Shown here: positions 1 to 8,880 of the stretch, in pieces
Position numbering within the stretch: the first letter of the stretch is position 1
Layout: every line of letters begins with the position of its first letter
Origin: Sphingobacteriia bacterium
GTDB lineage: Bacteria; Bacteroidota; Bacteroidia; Bacteroidales; TTA-H9
Reading direction: 5' to 3'
Length of the DNA: 64,000 bases
Assembly: GCA_021286705.1 (NCBI GenBank)
Contig: JAJTBW010000001.1
Location: 9,325-73,324 of the forward strand
Notes under the pieces: generated by a model
Told to the model about the DNA's origin: nothing
The model's database searches: none
What the model saw: the letters and a program-made list of their open reading frames with translations, nothing else
Translations under genes and position numbers: made by a program

Positions 1-518
1 AACTACTGGATAACCTATTAGAGTGGTCAAGGACAAAGCAGGGGCTTGTTAAGCCAAACTTAGTCCTGATCGATATTGTCTCTCTAACCAAAGAGGCAAT
101 CGCTATACACCAGACTCAGGCGAAAAACAAATCTATCTCTATTGTTCTGAATCTTCCCGATAGAGCCCATGCCCTGGCAGATGCCCATATGTTTAGAACC
201 ATTTTGCGTAACCTGATCTCAAATGCTATAAAGTTTACCCCGGCAGGTGGAAGGGTTGAGCTATTTACCACTGAAGATGCCTCCGTTATAAATCTATCAA
301 TTAGTGACTCTGGCTTGGGTATACCTGATGAAAGCATCCATGATCTGTTTAACTTAACGAGTCAGTTTAGACGAAAAGGCACCGATAATGAGCCTAGTAC
401 CGGCCTCGGACTGATCTTGTGTCAAGAGTTGGCATTGAAGCAGAATGGGGCAATAAGTGTGCACTCTGAAGTGGGCCGGGGGAGTACGTTTACGCTTACG
501 CTAAGAAAAGAGGGTTGA
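1..518 (+). CDS. Sensor histidine kinase, C-terminal part only (HATPase_c); 5' end lies outside the window
   Basis: Frame 3 is open from the window edge to TGA 516-518. Translated motifs are [10 protein letters not shown] (N box), DSGLGIP (G1) and STGLGL (G2), and the tail [10 protein letters not shown] is typical of HATPase_c. Confidence 0.85.
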   Translation, partial: LLDNLLEWSRTKQGLVKPNLVLIDIVSLTKEAIAIHQTQAKNKSISIVLNLPDRAHALADAHMFRTILRNLISNAIKFTPAGGRVELFTTEDASVINLSISDSGLGIPDESIHDLFNLTSQFRRKGTDNEPSTGLGLILCQELALKQNGAISVHSEVGRGSTFTLTLRKEG

Positions 519-635
519 GCGGGGGCTGCTACGCAGGCGGGGATTGCTTCGCAAGCGGGGGCTGCTACGCAGGCGGGGATTGCTACGCAAGCGGGGGCTG
601 CTGCGCAGGCGGGGGCTGTTTCGCAGGCGGGAATT
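519..635. repeat. Tandem repeat, 18-bp unit x 6.5 (GCGGGGGCTGCTACGCAG alternating with GCGGGGATTGCTTCGCAA variants)
   Basis: Read directly. It fills the gap between the convergent stop codons at 516-518 (+) and 634-636 (-). Confidence 0.95.
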
Positions 636-2013
636 AGAATTTGCGTATTGGGATTTTGAGAGATTTAAGGAGGGCTAGGGTTGGCGTTTGGTTGTTGGTA
701 ATCAGGAAGTATCCTTCGAAGTTGGGGATTGGTGCAATAGATATTGTACTGTCGTTGGCGATATCACGGCCTCTGTCGATCAAGAGGATGGTATTAGCCA
801 CATTAGAAGCCTCCTCTTTCAGGCGCCAGGTGCGTCTTTCGTATGCAGGTCGGAGTGTTGGTGGAAAGTTCTCTTCGATCGAGGGTGAAGCATAGGTAAA
901 ATGGTCGTAAAACCAATGATTATTGACTACAACCAACTCTACATTTTTCTCTTTACAGAGTTGACCAAGCTTATGACTATCGGAGAGGAAGACTTCAATA
1001 TCAGCAACATTTACCACTGAATCCGATTTTTTATCCTTCGTGATAGTTGTTGGGAATAGATAGGCCTTATAGGCTAAAAAAGCTACCATCACCATTGGTA
1101 AATAGGGATAGATGGCCGCTCCTTTTATATTGAATCGACTGACAAGCAGTGCCAGTACAAGAGGAAGTCCTAGAAAAGCTCTGGAATAGGAGTAGAAAAC
1201 GGAGTCAGTGCCATCAAAAACCTTCGACATGGTCAGTGAGAAGAGGAAAACCAACAGAAACCCTATAGTGGCAATACCTTCAGGGAACCTCTTTTTATAT
1301 AAGAACCATACCGACGCCATTAATGGAAGCAGGAAATAGATTATTAAAGGGTGCACCATCATAGGGGTAACATTCTTGAACAGTTGAGGCATGTCGCCAA
1401 TAGCCCTGTATAGGTTATTCAAACTTATTATCAGTTTTATCTGGTGGAGGTTCTCGTTTGGATGTTCATAGTAGAAACTGTAAAACAGACCAACAATAAC
1501 TAAAGCAGGGATGGCTCCAAGTGATAAATAGATCCAGAATTTTCGCTCAGATAGATGTGTTATTGCATAATATAAAAAGATAGGCACCAGAATGAAAACA
1601 GAGCCTGTTCCTATTATTAATGCAACTATAGAGATAAAACCAAGCCATAGGTGTTTAACTGGTGTGCTTCTCCCTGTTAAACTGAATAATGCCAGCGTTC
1701 CTACAAAGAGGCCCCCAACCCATCCCCGGCTCAGAGAGGTAATGTAGTCGTACTCTACGGGCAAAATAAATGGAATTGCTATAACGAGGAGTGCTGTGGT
1801 GTATTGACCTCGCCGGTATAGCAACCACGTCATTATCAGAAAGGGCAATAGGGTTAAGACCGAGGTGATATAAGGTAAAACTAAATAGGCTTTTAATCCC
1901 ATCCAGAGAAATGGAACAGCTAGAAGAGACTCAAACATAGGATTATATGACTGTCCATAAAATCCTGGGGTGTGAAAACTCCCATTTGAATAATCAAATG
2001 CACCTAGACTCAT
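634..2013 (-). CDS. Polytopic membrane protein, GT-C-fold (family 39/83-like) glycosyltransferase candidate; 5' end probably disrupted
   Basis: 459-aa ORF with many hydrophobic segments. The same frame stays open 38 codons upstream of the ATG (to 2127). That extension encodes a TM helix plus FDSDEAI, the DE motif of the first loop in GT-C enzymes, but has no start codon. An ATG at 2153 is in a different frame. Confidence 0.5.
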   Translation of the reverse strand: MSLGAFDYSNGSFHTPGFYGQSYNPMFESLLAVPFLWMGLKAYLVLPYITSVLTLLPFLIMTWLLYRRGQYTTALLVIAIPFILPVEYDYITSLSRGWVGGLFVGTLALFSLTGRSTPVKHLWLGFISIVALIIGTGSVFILVPIFLYYAITHLSERKFWIYLSLGAIPALVIVGLFYSFYYEHPNENLHQIKLIISLNNLYRAIGDMPQLFKNVTPMMVHPLIIYFLLPLMASVWFLYKKRFPEGIATIGFLLVFLFSLTMSKVFDGTDSVFYSYSRAFLGLPLVLALLVSRFNIKGAAIYPYLPMVMVAFLAYKAYLFPTTITKDKKSDSVVNVADIEVFLSDSHKLGQLCKEKNVELVVVNNHWFYDHFTYASPSIEENFPPTLRPAYERRTWRLKEEASNVANTILLIDRGRDIANDSTISIAPIPNFEGYFLITNNQTPTLALLKSLKIPIRKF

Positions 2014-2313
2014 TATAGCCTCATCGCTATCAAAATATTTTAATCCAAATGAATTGAGAACCCATAGTCGATAAACTACAAGAATTATCGATACAAGTAT
2101 TAAGGAGATCCCTTTGCTATTAAGATTCTATTCGACTTCCAAAACATAAACATTGTGTTCTACCAAAACAAAGTATAAGGGCTTTGTAAGGGTTTGGTTA
2201 GAGCGGCAAAGTAAGCAATTTTATCTTTGTGACACAAATAAATGTCTTAATATAAAACTTCCTTAGTATGGAGGCTCATCACAGACGAGGACTTACAAAG
2301 TGATTTTACTGTG

Positions 2314-2352
2314 TGAATTGATTTTGAATTGACTTTGAATTGATTTTGAATG
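2314..2352. repeat. Short tandem repeat, ~11-12-bp unit x 3.5 (TGAATTGATTT-like)
   Basis: Read directly upstream of the TerC-family gene. It shares the TTGAAT theme with the larger array at 3401-3685. Confidence 0.8.
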
Positions 2353-2476
2353 GTTCTCTTCACTTTGTTGTAAAGAACCGAGTCATAGGGAAGTATTAAG
2401 AAAATATCAATTCTCCTTGGAGTTAGAACAAAATTGGGATCCATTGCGTTGATGAATGTTATATAAAATAGCAGCA

Positions 2477-3418
2477 ATGGAAAGTAATATATGGCTTTGG
2501 ATAGGTTTTAATCTTTTTGTGCTTCTTATGTTAGCACTTGACCTGGGAGTGTTTCACCGTAAGGCGCATGAGGTCTCATTTAAAGAGGCAATGACATGGA
2601 GTGCCATCTGGATTGCATTGGCCTTGGTCTTTAATGTTGGTGTCTGGTACTACTTTGGAAAAGTCAGAGCGGTAGAGTTTCTCACAGGCTATATTATCGA
2701 GAAATCTCTTTCGGTGGATAATATCTTTGTCTTTGTTCTGATATTTACCTCGTTTCAGGTGCCTGCAAAGTACCAGCACAGGGTTCTTTTCTGGGGCATC
2801 ACGGGAGCACTGGTCTTCAGGGCTATCTTTATTTTCGCCGGTGTCGCTTTAATTGAGAAGTTCCATTGGATTATCTATGTGTTTGGAGCTTTTCTGGTAT
2901 ATACCGGGTATAAAATTGCACGCGATAAAGGGACTAAAATAGATACGAAGAACAGTCCCGTTATCAACTTCTTTAAGCGTTTTGTTCCTATTCACTCAGA
3001 ATACTCAGGTGATAACTTCTGGGTAAGGCTTGGTGGAAAACTCCATGCAACACCTCTGTTTATTGTTCTTCTCCTGGTAGAAACAACTGATCTGATCTTT
3101 GCCGTTGATTCTATTCCCGCTATTCTTGCGGTTACCAATGATCCTTTTATTGTCTATACCTCTAATGTCTTTGCTATTCTGGGCCTCAGATCGCTCTATT
3201 TCGCACTAGCTGGCAGCTTAAAGTACTTCACTTATCTCCATTATGGATTATCTGCTATCCTGGTCTTTGTTGGAGTAAAGATGCTTATCTCTGATTTGTA
3301 TAAGTTTAATCCTTTTGTCTCGCTGGGAATAATTGGCTTTATCTTATTGGTAAGTATCGTAGCGTCGCTAATGGCAGCTAGGAAGGAGCAGGGAAACCGG
3401 GAGACCGAGAGACTTTGA
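2477..3418 (+). CDS. TerC/Alx-family integral membrane protein
   Basis: Multi-TM protein with LSVDNIFVF and AVDSIPAI motifs characteristic of the TerC family. The ORF opens at 2456, but MESNIWLW at 2477 is the more plausible start. Confidence 0.8.
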   Translation: MESNIWLWIGFNLFVLLMLALDLGVFHRKAHEVSFKEAMTWSAIWIALALVFNVGVWYYFGKVRAVEFLTGYIIEKSLSVDNIFVFVLIFTSFQVPAKYQHRVLFWGITGALVFRAIFIFAGVALIEKFHWIIYVFGAFLVYTGYKIARDKGTKIDTKNSPVINFFKRFVPIHSEYSGDNFWVRLGGKLHATPLFIVLLLVETTDLIFAVDSIPAILAVTNDPFIVYTSNVFAILGLRSLYFALAGSLKYFTYLHYGLSAILVFVGVKMLISDLYKFNPFVSLGIIGFILLVSIVASLMAARKEQGNRETERL

Positions 3419-3685
3419 GACTTTGTGACCGACAGACTTTGAGACAGGGAGACTTATTGAATGTTGAATGTTGAATTTTGAATAACTAGTCTTGAATCCT
3501 GACTGTTGAATTTTGAATCCTAAGGCTTGAATTTTGATCTTTAGTCTTGAATCCTGACTGTTGAATTTTGAATCCTAAGTCTTGAATTTTGAATAACAAG
3601 TCTTGAATCCTAAGTCTTGAATCCTAAGTCTTGAATTTTGAATAACTAGTCTTGAATCCTGACGTTTGAATATTGATTGTTGTGC
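3401..3685. repeat. Degenerate tandem-repeat region (GAGACTTTGAGAC units, then many TCTTGAATCCTAAG / TTGAATTTTGAATA units with ~60-bp higher-order periodicity)
   Basis: Read directly. It begins inside the last codons of the TerC-family gene and runs ~270 bp to just before the Crp/Fnr gene. Confidence 0.9.
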
Positions 3686-3713
3686 CTTGACTACCATTAA
3701 ATAGTGCGCAGAT

Positions 3714-4298
3714 ATGTTAGTTCCTATTAATCCTAATAATAGGTTGGAGGATGAGAAGACTCCTTATAATGAGATAGTGGCTTCTCTTAAGCAGGCTGGT
3801 AAGATGCTGGTTGTCGCAAAAGGGGAGGCTATCTTATTCGAGGGTGAGACAGTGGATTATGTGTTTATTATTGAGGAGGGCTGTTTTAGAACGCATCGAT
3901 GGATCAATGATGAAGATATAACCATTGGGTTTACCTTTATGGGGGATATTGATACCTGCCCTTACGCTTTTATAAATCAGCTAGAGAGCACCGATACAAT
4001 CGAGGCTTTAACTGATGGTAAGGTTATCCGAATTCATAGAAGAGAGATTGAGAACCTTCAACGAGTGAATCCTATGTTTAATAACTTTGTTAATAGTCTG
4101 TTAAGCAATTATATTGAGGTGCTAATTAAAAGAAATATCGATCTGCGTACGAAGAGTGCTGAGGCTCTTTACAAGGAGCTGCTTGAAAGACAACCTTACG
4201 AAGTAGCAAGAATCCCCCTGATGTTTATTGCATCCTATCTGGGTATCACAAAAGAGAGACTCAGCCGGATCCGAAAAAAAGATTCTCAAGTTGACTAA
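3714..4298 (+). CDS. Crp/Fnr-family transcription regulator (cNMP-binding domain + C-terminal HTH)
   Basis: 194 aa. It has a beta-roll-like segment GEAILFEGETVDYVFIIEEGCFR and a C-terminal HTH IASYLGITKERLSRIRKK. Confidence 0.75.
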   Translation: MLVPINPNNRLEDEKTPYNEIVASLKQAGKMLVVAKGEAILFEGETVDYVFIIEEGCFRTHRWINDEDITIGFTFMGDIDTCPYAFINQLESTDTIEALTDGKVIRIHRREIENLQRVNPMFNNFVNSLLSNYIEVLIKRNIDLRTKSAEALYKELLERQPYEVARIPLMFIASYLGITKERLSRIRKKDSQVD

Positions 4299-4360
4299 GG
4301 TCAATTAGCAGCATATTACGCATATCTATTTTCGCCTTTACTAACTTAAAATGGTGAAAA

Positions 4361-5521
4361 ATGAAAGATATGCGTTTTTTGATTTTAGCTTTACTGGTTC
4401 TCTTGATTGGCTGTGAAAAGGATAGTGATAACACTATTTCCAAAAAAAAGGTTCTGTCGGATAACCCTCTGAAATCTCCTCAGGATCTAATGGTCGATAA
4501 AATGGTCATGGCTTATGCTTCAAAGTCGACTACTGCTGGCTTCTCCCTTGCCTTAATCTCTCCTTCAGCTGTCGTTCAATATAACTACGGGGAGACACGT
4601 ATCGGCAATAAAACCCTTCCTAATAATAAGACCCTCTACGAAATAGGCTCTCTCACAAAGACCTTTATCGCCCCATCACTTCTACATTGGATGGATCAGA
4701 ACAATATCGAACTCTCTTCTCCAATTGCAGAATACCTCCCCCTTGAAGTGAGAGCAAATCTGAGCTTAAATAACTCGCCTGTGACCTTTAAGCATCTGTT
4801 AGCTCATCTAAGCGGATTACCCCGTATCCCCAGTGATCTGCCTAATACACTCGATCCGTATAAAGGATACGATAGTACTAAGGTTTATAGCTATCTAAAA
4901 AAGAATAAACTGTTACGTGCCCCCGGCACCCCTCCCAAGTCTGAAGATGACCTCTCGAACTATTACAGTAATCTGGCATACGGACTGGCTGGCCTTATTC
5001 TGGAAAGAAATATGCATAAACCACTTAAGACCATCCTCTATGAGAACTTCTTTAATAAAGAGGGAGAAGGAATCTTAGGTAAATTCGCTATGCCCAATTC
5101 GACACTGGGCGATATCGAAGGGGTCGTTAACAGAGCTTTCCCTCACAACTTAACTAATAACGCTCAATACTGGCATTTATCAGGTTTGGCTGCCGCTGGT
5201 GGTATTAAGAGTTGTCTTGCCGATATGATTGAGTATGCTAAAGGGCAGCTCTCATCTGAAAACAGCAATAATGTAATAGGGGCTTGCCATATCCCGGTGG
5301 TCTCAATTAACAATAGAGACTATTTCGGACTTGGTTGGGAGTATTATTACACCTCATCCGGAAAGAGATTGGTGGTTAAAGATGGAGGTACAGGCGGTTT
5401 TACGGCTTTTATTGCCTTTGATAAAACCTCGGGAAAAGCAATGGTCGCACTCTTTAATAACAGTGCAGATAATGAGCCTGCAACTCCTTTTGTGGATTTA
5501 ATGGAGACGTTCTTCAAGTAA
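4361..5521 (+). CDS. Beta-lactamase-related serine hydrolase, lipoprotein
   Basis: Lipobox LLIGC at the N-terminus and an SxxK active-site motif in YEIGSLTKTF. Length of 386 aa is typical for class C-like/esterase family proteins. Confidence 0.75.
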   Translation: MKDMRFLILALLVLLIGCEKDSDNTISKKKVLSDNPLKSPQDLMVDKMVMAYASKSTTAGFSLALISPSAVVQYNYGETRIGNKTLPNNKTLYEIGSLTKTFIAPSLLHWMDQNNIELSSPIAEYLPLEVRANLSLNNSPVTFKHLLAHLSGLPRIPSDLPNTLDPYKGYDSTKVYSYLKKNKLLRAPGTPPKSEDDLSNYYSNLAYGLAGLILERNMHKPLKTILYENFFNKEGEGILGKFAMPNSTLGDIEGVVNRAFPHNLTNNAQYWHLSGLAAAGGIKSCLADMIEYAKGQLSSENSNNVIGACHIPVVSINNRDYFGLGWEYYYTSSGKRLVVKDGGTGGFTAFIAFDKTSGKAMVALFNNSADNEPATPFVDLMETFFK

Positions 5522-5643
5522 TATGATATAGGTTTTTAATGGTACGTATTAGGTTGCAAACAGGTTATAGCTTGAAAAAGATATGCCTGTTTGCTTTTTC
5601 TGTTTAAAACAATGAGGATTGGTTTTTCTAACGTCTAAATATT

Positions 5644-6465
5644 ATGATTGTTAATTTTCGATTATCGAAGAGTTCCTACCTGGTGTTTTTCTTATTCTCT
5701 TTTGCTATCCCATGGGTTGCATGGAGCTATATGGCTTTTACCGGGTTTAATCTCTATTTGTTCTATACCGGATATAGTTGCTCCCTCTCCGGATTGATAG
5801 GTGTTTATCTCTTTAAGGGGCGAGAGGGTGTTGGTGCAATCTTCAAGGGGATGGTTGCCAAGGCTCCTGTTTCGGCCTGGCTACTGGTGTTGTTTGTCCC
5901 ATTTATCTGGCAGTTTCTGAGTTATCTGTTTTATGGGCTACTGTTAAATGACTCGGGCATTGGTGAAGTTAGGGTCTCTAACTTCACCAATCTCTTTTCA
6001 TTTCATATTCTTTGGCTGCTTACCACAGGACCTCTAGCCGAGGAGTTTGGGTGGCGAGGCTATCTCTTCCCGAGGTTTCTGGCGAAATATAAGTTTTTTA
6101 CTGCCAATGTTTTCTTGGGAGTTATTTGGGCTTTATGGCATCTGCCTATTATGTATGGCAAATGGTTCTCTGAGCCAGTGTCAATGCTCTATTTCTTTGT
6201 CGGGGTCATCTGTTTTGCGATGATTATCGGACTGATCTATATTATTTCTGATGGTAATCTTCTTTTATGCATTGTGGCTCACTGGACTATCAATGCTTCT
6301 CAGGAGATGATGGGTAGTCTCTTTCCTGCCATTGATCCAATGCACTCTGCTTTTCCAATCTTTAGTGTCGTAATGCTGTTGGTTATTACTTTATGGTTGT
6401 ATTATTTTTATCGTAAAGAAATAGCCATGGCAAATGAGGTCACATTGATCTATCGGATGCGTTAG
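5644..6465 (+). CDS. CPBP-family intramembrane metalloprotease (CAAX protease/Abi-like)
   Basis: Polytopic protein with the EEFGWRGYLFPRF (EExxxR) and WALWHLP (H-containing) motifs of the CPBP family. Confidence 0.8.
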   Translation: MIVNFRLSKSSYLVFFLFSFAIPWVAWSYMAFTGFNLYLFYTGYSCSLSGLIGVYLFKGREGVGAIFKGMVAKAPVSAWLLVLFVPFIWQFLSYLFYGLLLNDSGIGEVRVSNFTNLFSFHILWLLTTGPLAEEFGWRGYLFPRFLAKYKFFTANVFLGVIWALWHLPIMYGKWFSEPVSMLYFFVGVICFAMIIGLIYIISDGNLLLCIVAHWTINASQEMMGSLFPAIDPMHSAFPIFSVVMLLVITLWLYYFYRKEIAMANEVTLIYRMR

Positions 6466-6486
6466 CAATGAGAAAATAGTGTTATG

Positions 6487-6652
6487 GAAATGGCGGATCG
6501 TAGACAATCTTTAGTAGTTAAAATGGCGGATCGTAGTCGATCTTTAGTGGTTGAAAGGGTGCATCGTAGTCGATCTTTAGTGGTTGAAAGGGCGCATCGT
6601 AGTCGATTTTTAGTAGTTGAAAGGGCGCATCGTAGGCGATCTTTAGTAGGTT
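6487..6652. repeat. Tandem repeat, 33-bp unit x 5 (GAAAGGGCGCATCGTAGTCGATCTTTAGTGGTT and variants)
   Basis: Unit boundaries read directly at 6487, 6520, 6553, 6586 and 6619. It starts 21 nt after the CPBP stop codon. Confidence 0.95.
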
Positions 6653-6689
6653 GACCGGGCTATTGCAATTTATGTTTTCTTAATAACTG

Positions 6690-7136
6690 ATGATTATGAT
6701 GAAAAAAGTGGTGTTTTTAATGATTTCGATTGTTTTGATGGTGGCATGTAAGTCGATCAAACCGAAAGAGGAGGTGAAGGCGGAGATTGTTAAGGCGGAA
6801 AAGGAGTTTCAGGCTATGGCTGCTGAGAAAGGTGTCGCAGAGGCTTTTTCCTATTATGCCGATGAGAATGGGGTTATAAAGCGTGATAATGACTCGTTGA
6901 TAAAGGGTAAGGCAGCAATAAGGAATTACTATTCAAACCCGTTGTACAAGCGGGTAACCGTCACCTGGACGCCTGACTATGTGGAGGTCTCAGAGGGAGG
7001 CGATATGGCCTATACCTATGGCCGGTATAAATGGGTTTTGGTTGATGAGCAAGGAGGTAGAAAGGAATATACAGGGGTCTTCCATACGGTTTGGAAGCGG
7101 CAGGTGGATGGTACATGGAGGTATGTGTGGGACTAA
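6690..7136 (+). CDS. DUF4440/SnoaL-like (NTF2-fold) lipoprotein
   Basis: Signal/lipobox LMVAC. The C-terminal pattern GVFHTVWKRQVDGTWRYVWD is typical of DUF4440-type NTF2-like proteins. Confidence 0.6.
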   Translation: MIMMKKVVFLMISIVLMVACKSIKPKEEVKAEIVKAEKEFQAMAAEKGVAEAFSYYADENGVIKRDNDSLIKGKAAIRNYYSNPLYKRVTVTWTPDYVEVSEGGDMAYTYGRYKWVLVDEQGGRKEYTGVFHTVWKRQVDGTWRYVWD

Positions 7137-7227
7137 AGTGTCGGCTGGGCGAACGATAGGCTTTGGAATTTATGTGTTTTTCGATATCAGAGCTTTGCTT
7201 GGAAAACGGATTAAGATAATTTAGTTC

Positions 7228-8793
7228 CTAGAGATCAAAGTCTGCTACACTATATACTTGTCCGTCTTTATTTGGTCTCGTTTGTCTTGTGGTTACAAAT
7301 ATTTCCATTTGATTATCAGAATTACTGGAGGGTATGAATAGAAGGTAGCTTCTATCGAAATAGTGTTTACTTGAAAGTGTTTGAAAAAGGTTTATTCCAT
7401 ATACTTCACTTATATGTTTTTTTTGAAGTCTAATTGAATAGGTCTCAAAAGTAATTTCTTCGGTTGATTCTATTATGCGCTTAAACCTTTTCCACCATTC
7501 TTGAAAATCTTGCAGTTCGTGACTCTCTATATCTGTCTTTTTATTCTTGTTATAGCCATTATCCTTATCTATTGGAACATCTCCGGATATATGAAGTGCT
7601 CCAGGTTTTTCAAATAGAGATACAAGAAAAGCTGTGTCTTTCGTGATTATTGATGTGTAGTAACTATCCATGAAGTCCAGAACCCAGATTACGTTAGATT
7701 TGTTGCCTTCCTTGTTCCGATTTATAGAAGCTTTTTCCGGATAATTCATTCCTAATTTAACATTCTCTATTTTACCTTCAACATTGAAATAAAAAGCAAT
7801 TTCTTCAATTCGAGATTCTTTTTTGTTTTTGTTGTTAATTACGATAAGATGATTCCTGCAAATTAGCCACTTGTTGAATTTATAAGTTTCAAGTGTGTCT
7901 ACGTTTAGCATAAACCAATCACTATTATTGATAATTTTCATAAAGGCTTGAAATCCTGCTGAAGTAAAGGAAGCTATGTGCTTTTTAGGCTGGTTATTTT
8001 TTGTTGATCTCTGTTGGAGCTTTTCAACTACTCTAAAATAACGACTCGGATTATTTATTCTGCAAAAGGTGGAATCCACTGGATTATACGTATTAATTGT
8101 ATCAATAGTGTTTTTTTGAGAGATGTCTTTAATTGCTTCAATGTTAATGGTATACCTATATCTGGATGCATTGTCTTTATAGAAGGTATAGACTTTCTCG
8201 TTAATTCCCTGATCGTAGCTCTGAAGTCCCTCTAAATCTGCAGTGACTGTTGTATCGAAAAGTCCACATTCTATAACAAGAGGCTTAGTAGATTTTTCTA
8301 TTGATTTGAAGTAAGCAGGATCAAGCTCAATGTAACCTGTTCCGTGCTTAGCTTTAATAAGGGCTGAGTAACTGTCTGAAATAGGGTATCGGTAATCTAT
8401 TCTCTCTATGGGTCTGCCGTTATGAGTAATCTTTAACTTGAGGAGAAGGTTTTTTTCTGTTTCAATAGTATCTGTTACCTCAATTTTGATCTCCTGGACG
8501 AATGCTTTTATTAGGGAATCAAGGTCTCGTCCTTTATAGATAGCTCTTAATTGCCTCTCTTGCTCAGCGGATGGGAGGGTTTTAAAGAGTGCCATAGCAT
8601 TAAAGAAATGGATTACCATTCCTGTGAGGTTCCTTTTTGCCATTGAATTGTCACCTAAGCGGATGGCATCGGTAATTCTTTCCGCTATTATATTGTTATA
8701 TTGTTCCTCCTTTTGAGTGTTTGTGTTTTGAGCATTAAGGGAATATATGGGCAGTATGCTTAGCATAAAGATCAAGCGCCAGATTTTCTTCAT
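7228..8793 (-). CDS. Hypothetical secreted protein (521 aa)
   Basis: Long ORF with an N-terminal signal-like segment MKKIWRLIFMLSILPIYSLNA. I recognise no family. Confidence 0.6.
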   Translation of the reverse strand: MKKIWRLIFMLSILPIYSLNAQNTNTQKEEQYNNIIAERITDAIRLGDNSMAKRNLTGMVIHFFNAMALFKTLPSAEQERQLRAIYKGRDLDSLIKAFVQEIKIEVTDTIETEKNLLLKLKITHNGRPIERIDYRYPISDSYSALIKAKHGTGYIELDPAYFKSIEKSTKPLVIECGLFDTTVTADLEGLQSYDQGINEKVYTFYKDNASRYRYTINIEAIKDISQKNTIDTINTYNPVDSTFCRINNPSRYFRVVEKLQQRSTKNNQPKKHIASFTSAGFQAFMKIINNSDWFMLNVDTLETYKFNKWLICRNHLIVINNKNKKESRIEEIAFYFNVEGKIENVKLGMNYPEKASINRNKEGNKSNVIWVLDFMDSYYTSIITKDTAFLVSLFEKPGALHISGDVPIDKDNGYNKNKKTDIESHELQDFQEWWKRFKRIIESTEEITFETYSIRLQKKHISEVYGINLFQTLSSKHYFDRSYLLFIPSSNSDNQMEIFVTTRQTRPNKDGQVYSVADFDL

Positions 8794-8880
8794 GTTATCG
8801 ATTTTTTGGCTGATAAAGTGCTCTTTGAAAGCGATTTTATCTTAATTATAACTCCATATTGCTTAACGAGGATATGGCAT

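Noticed and set aside
116-895. Short ORFs at 116-337 (-), 641-895 (+) and 688-888 (+).
   Set aside because: They are antisense or alternative-frame shadows of the histidine kinase and the GT-C-like gene.
2160-2476. Possible yybP-ykoY (Mn2+) riboswitch upstream of the TerC-family gene, and the 76-aa ORF at 2247-2477 (-).
   Set aside because: I could not find the conserved GGGGAGUAG or UUGACAUA cores of that riboswitch. The region contains a short tandem repeat instead. The minus-strand ORF has no recognisable features and overlaps the likely promoter/leader.
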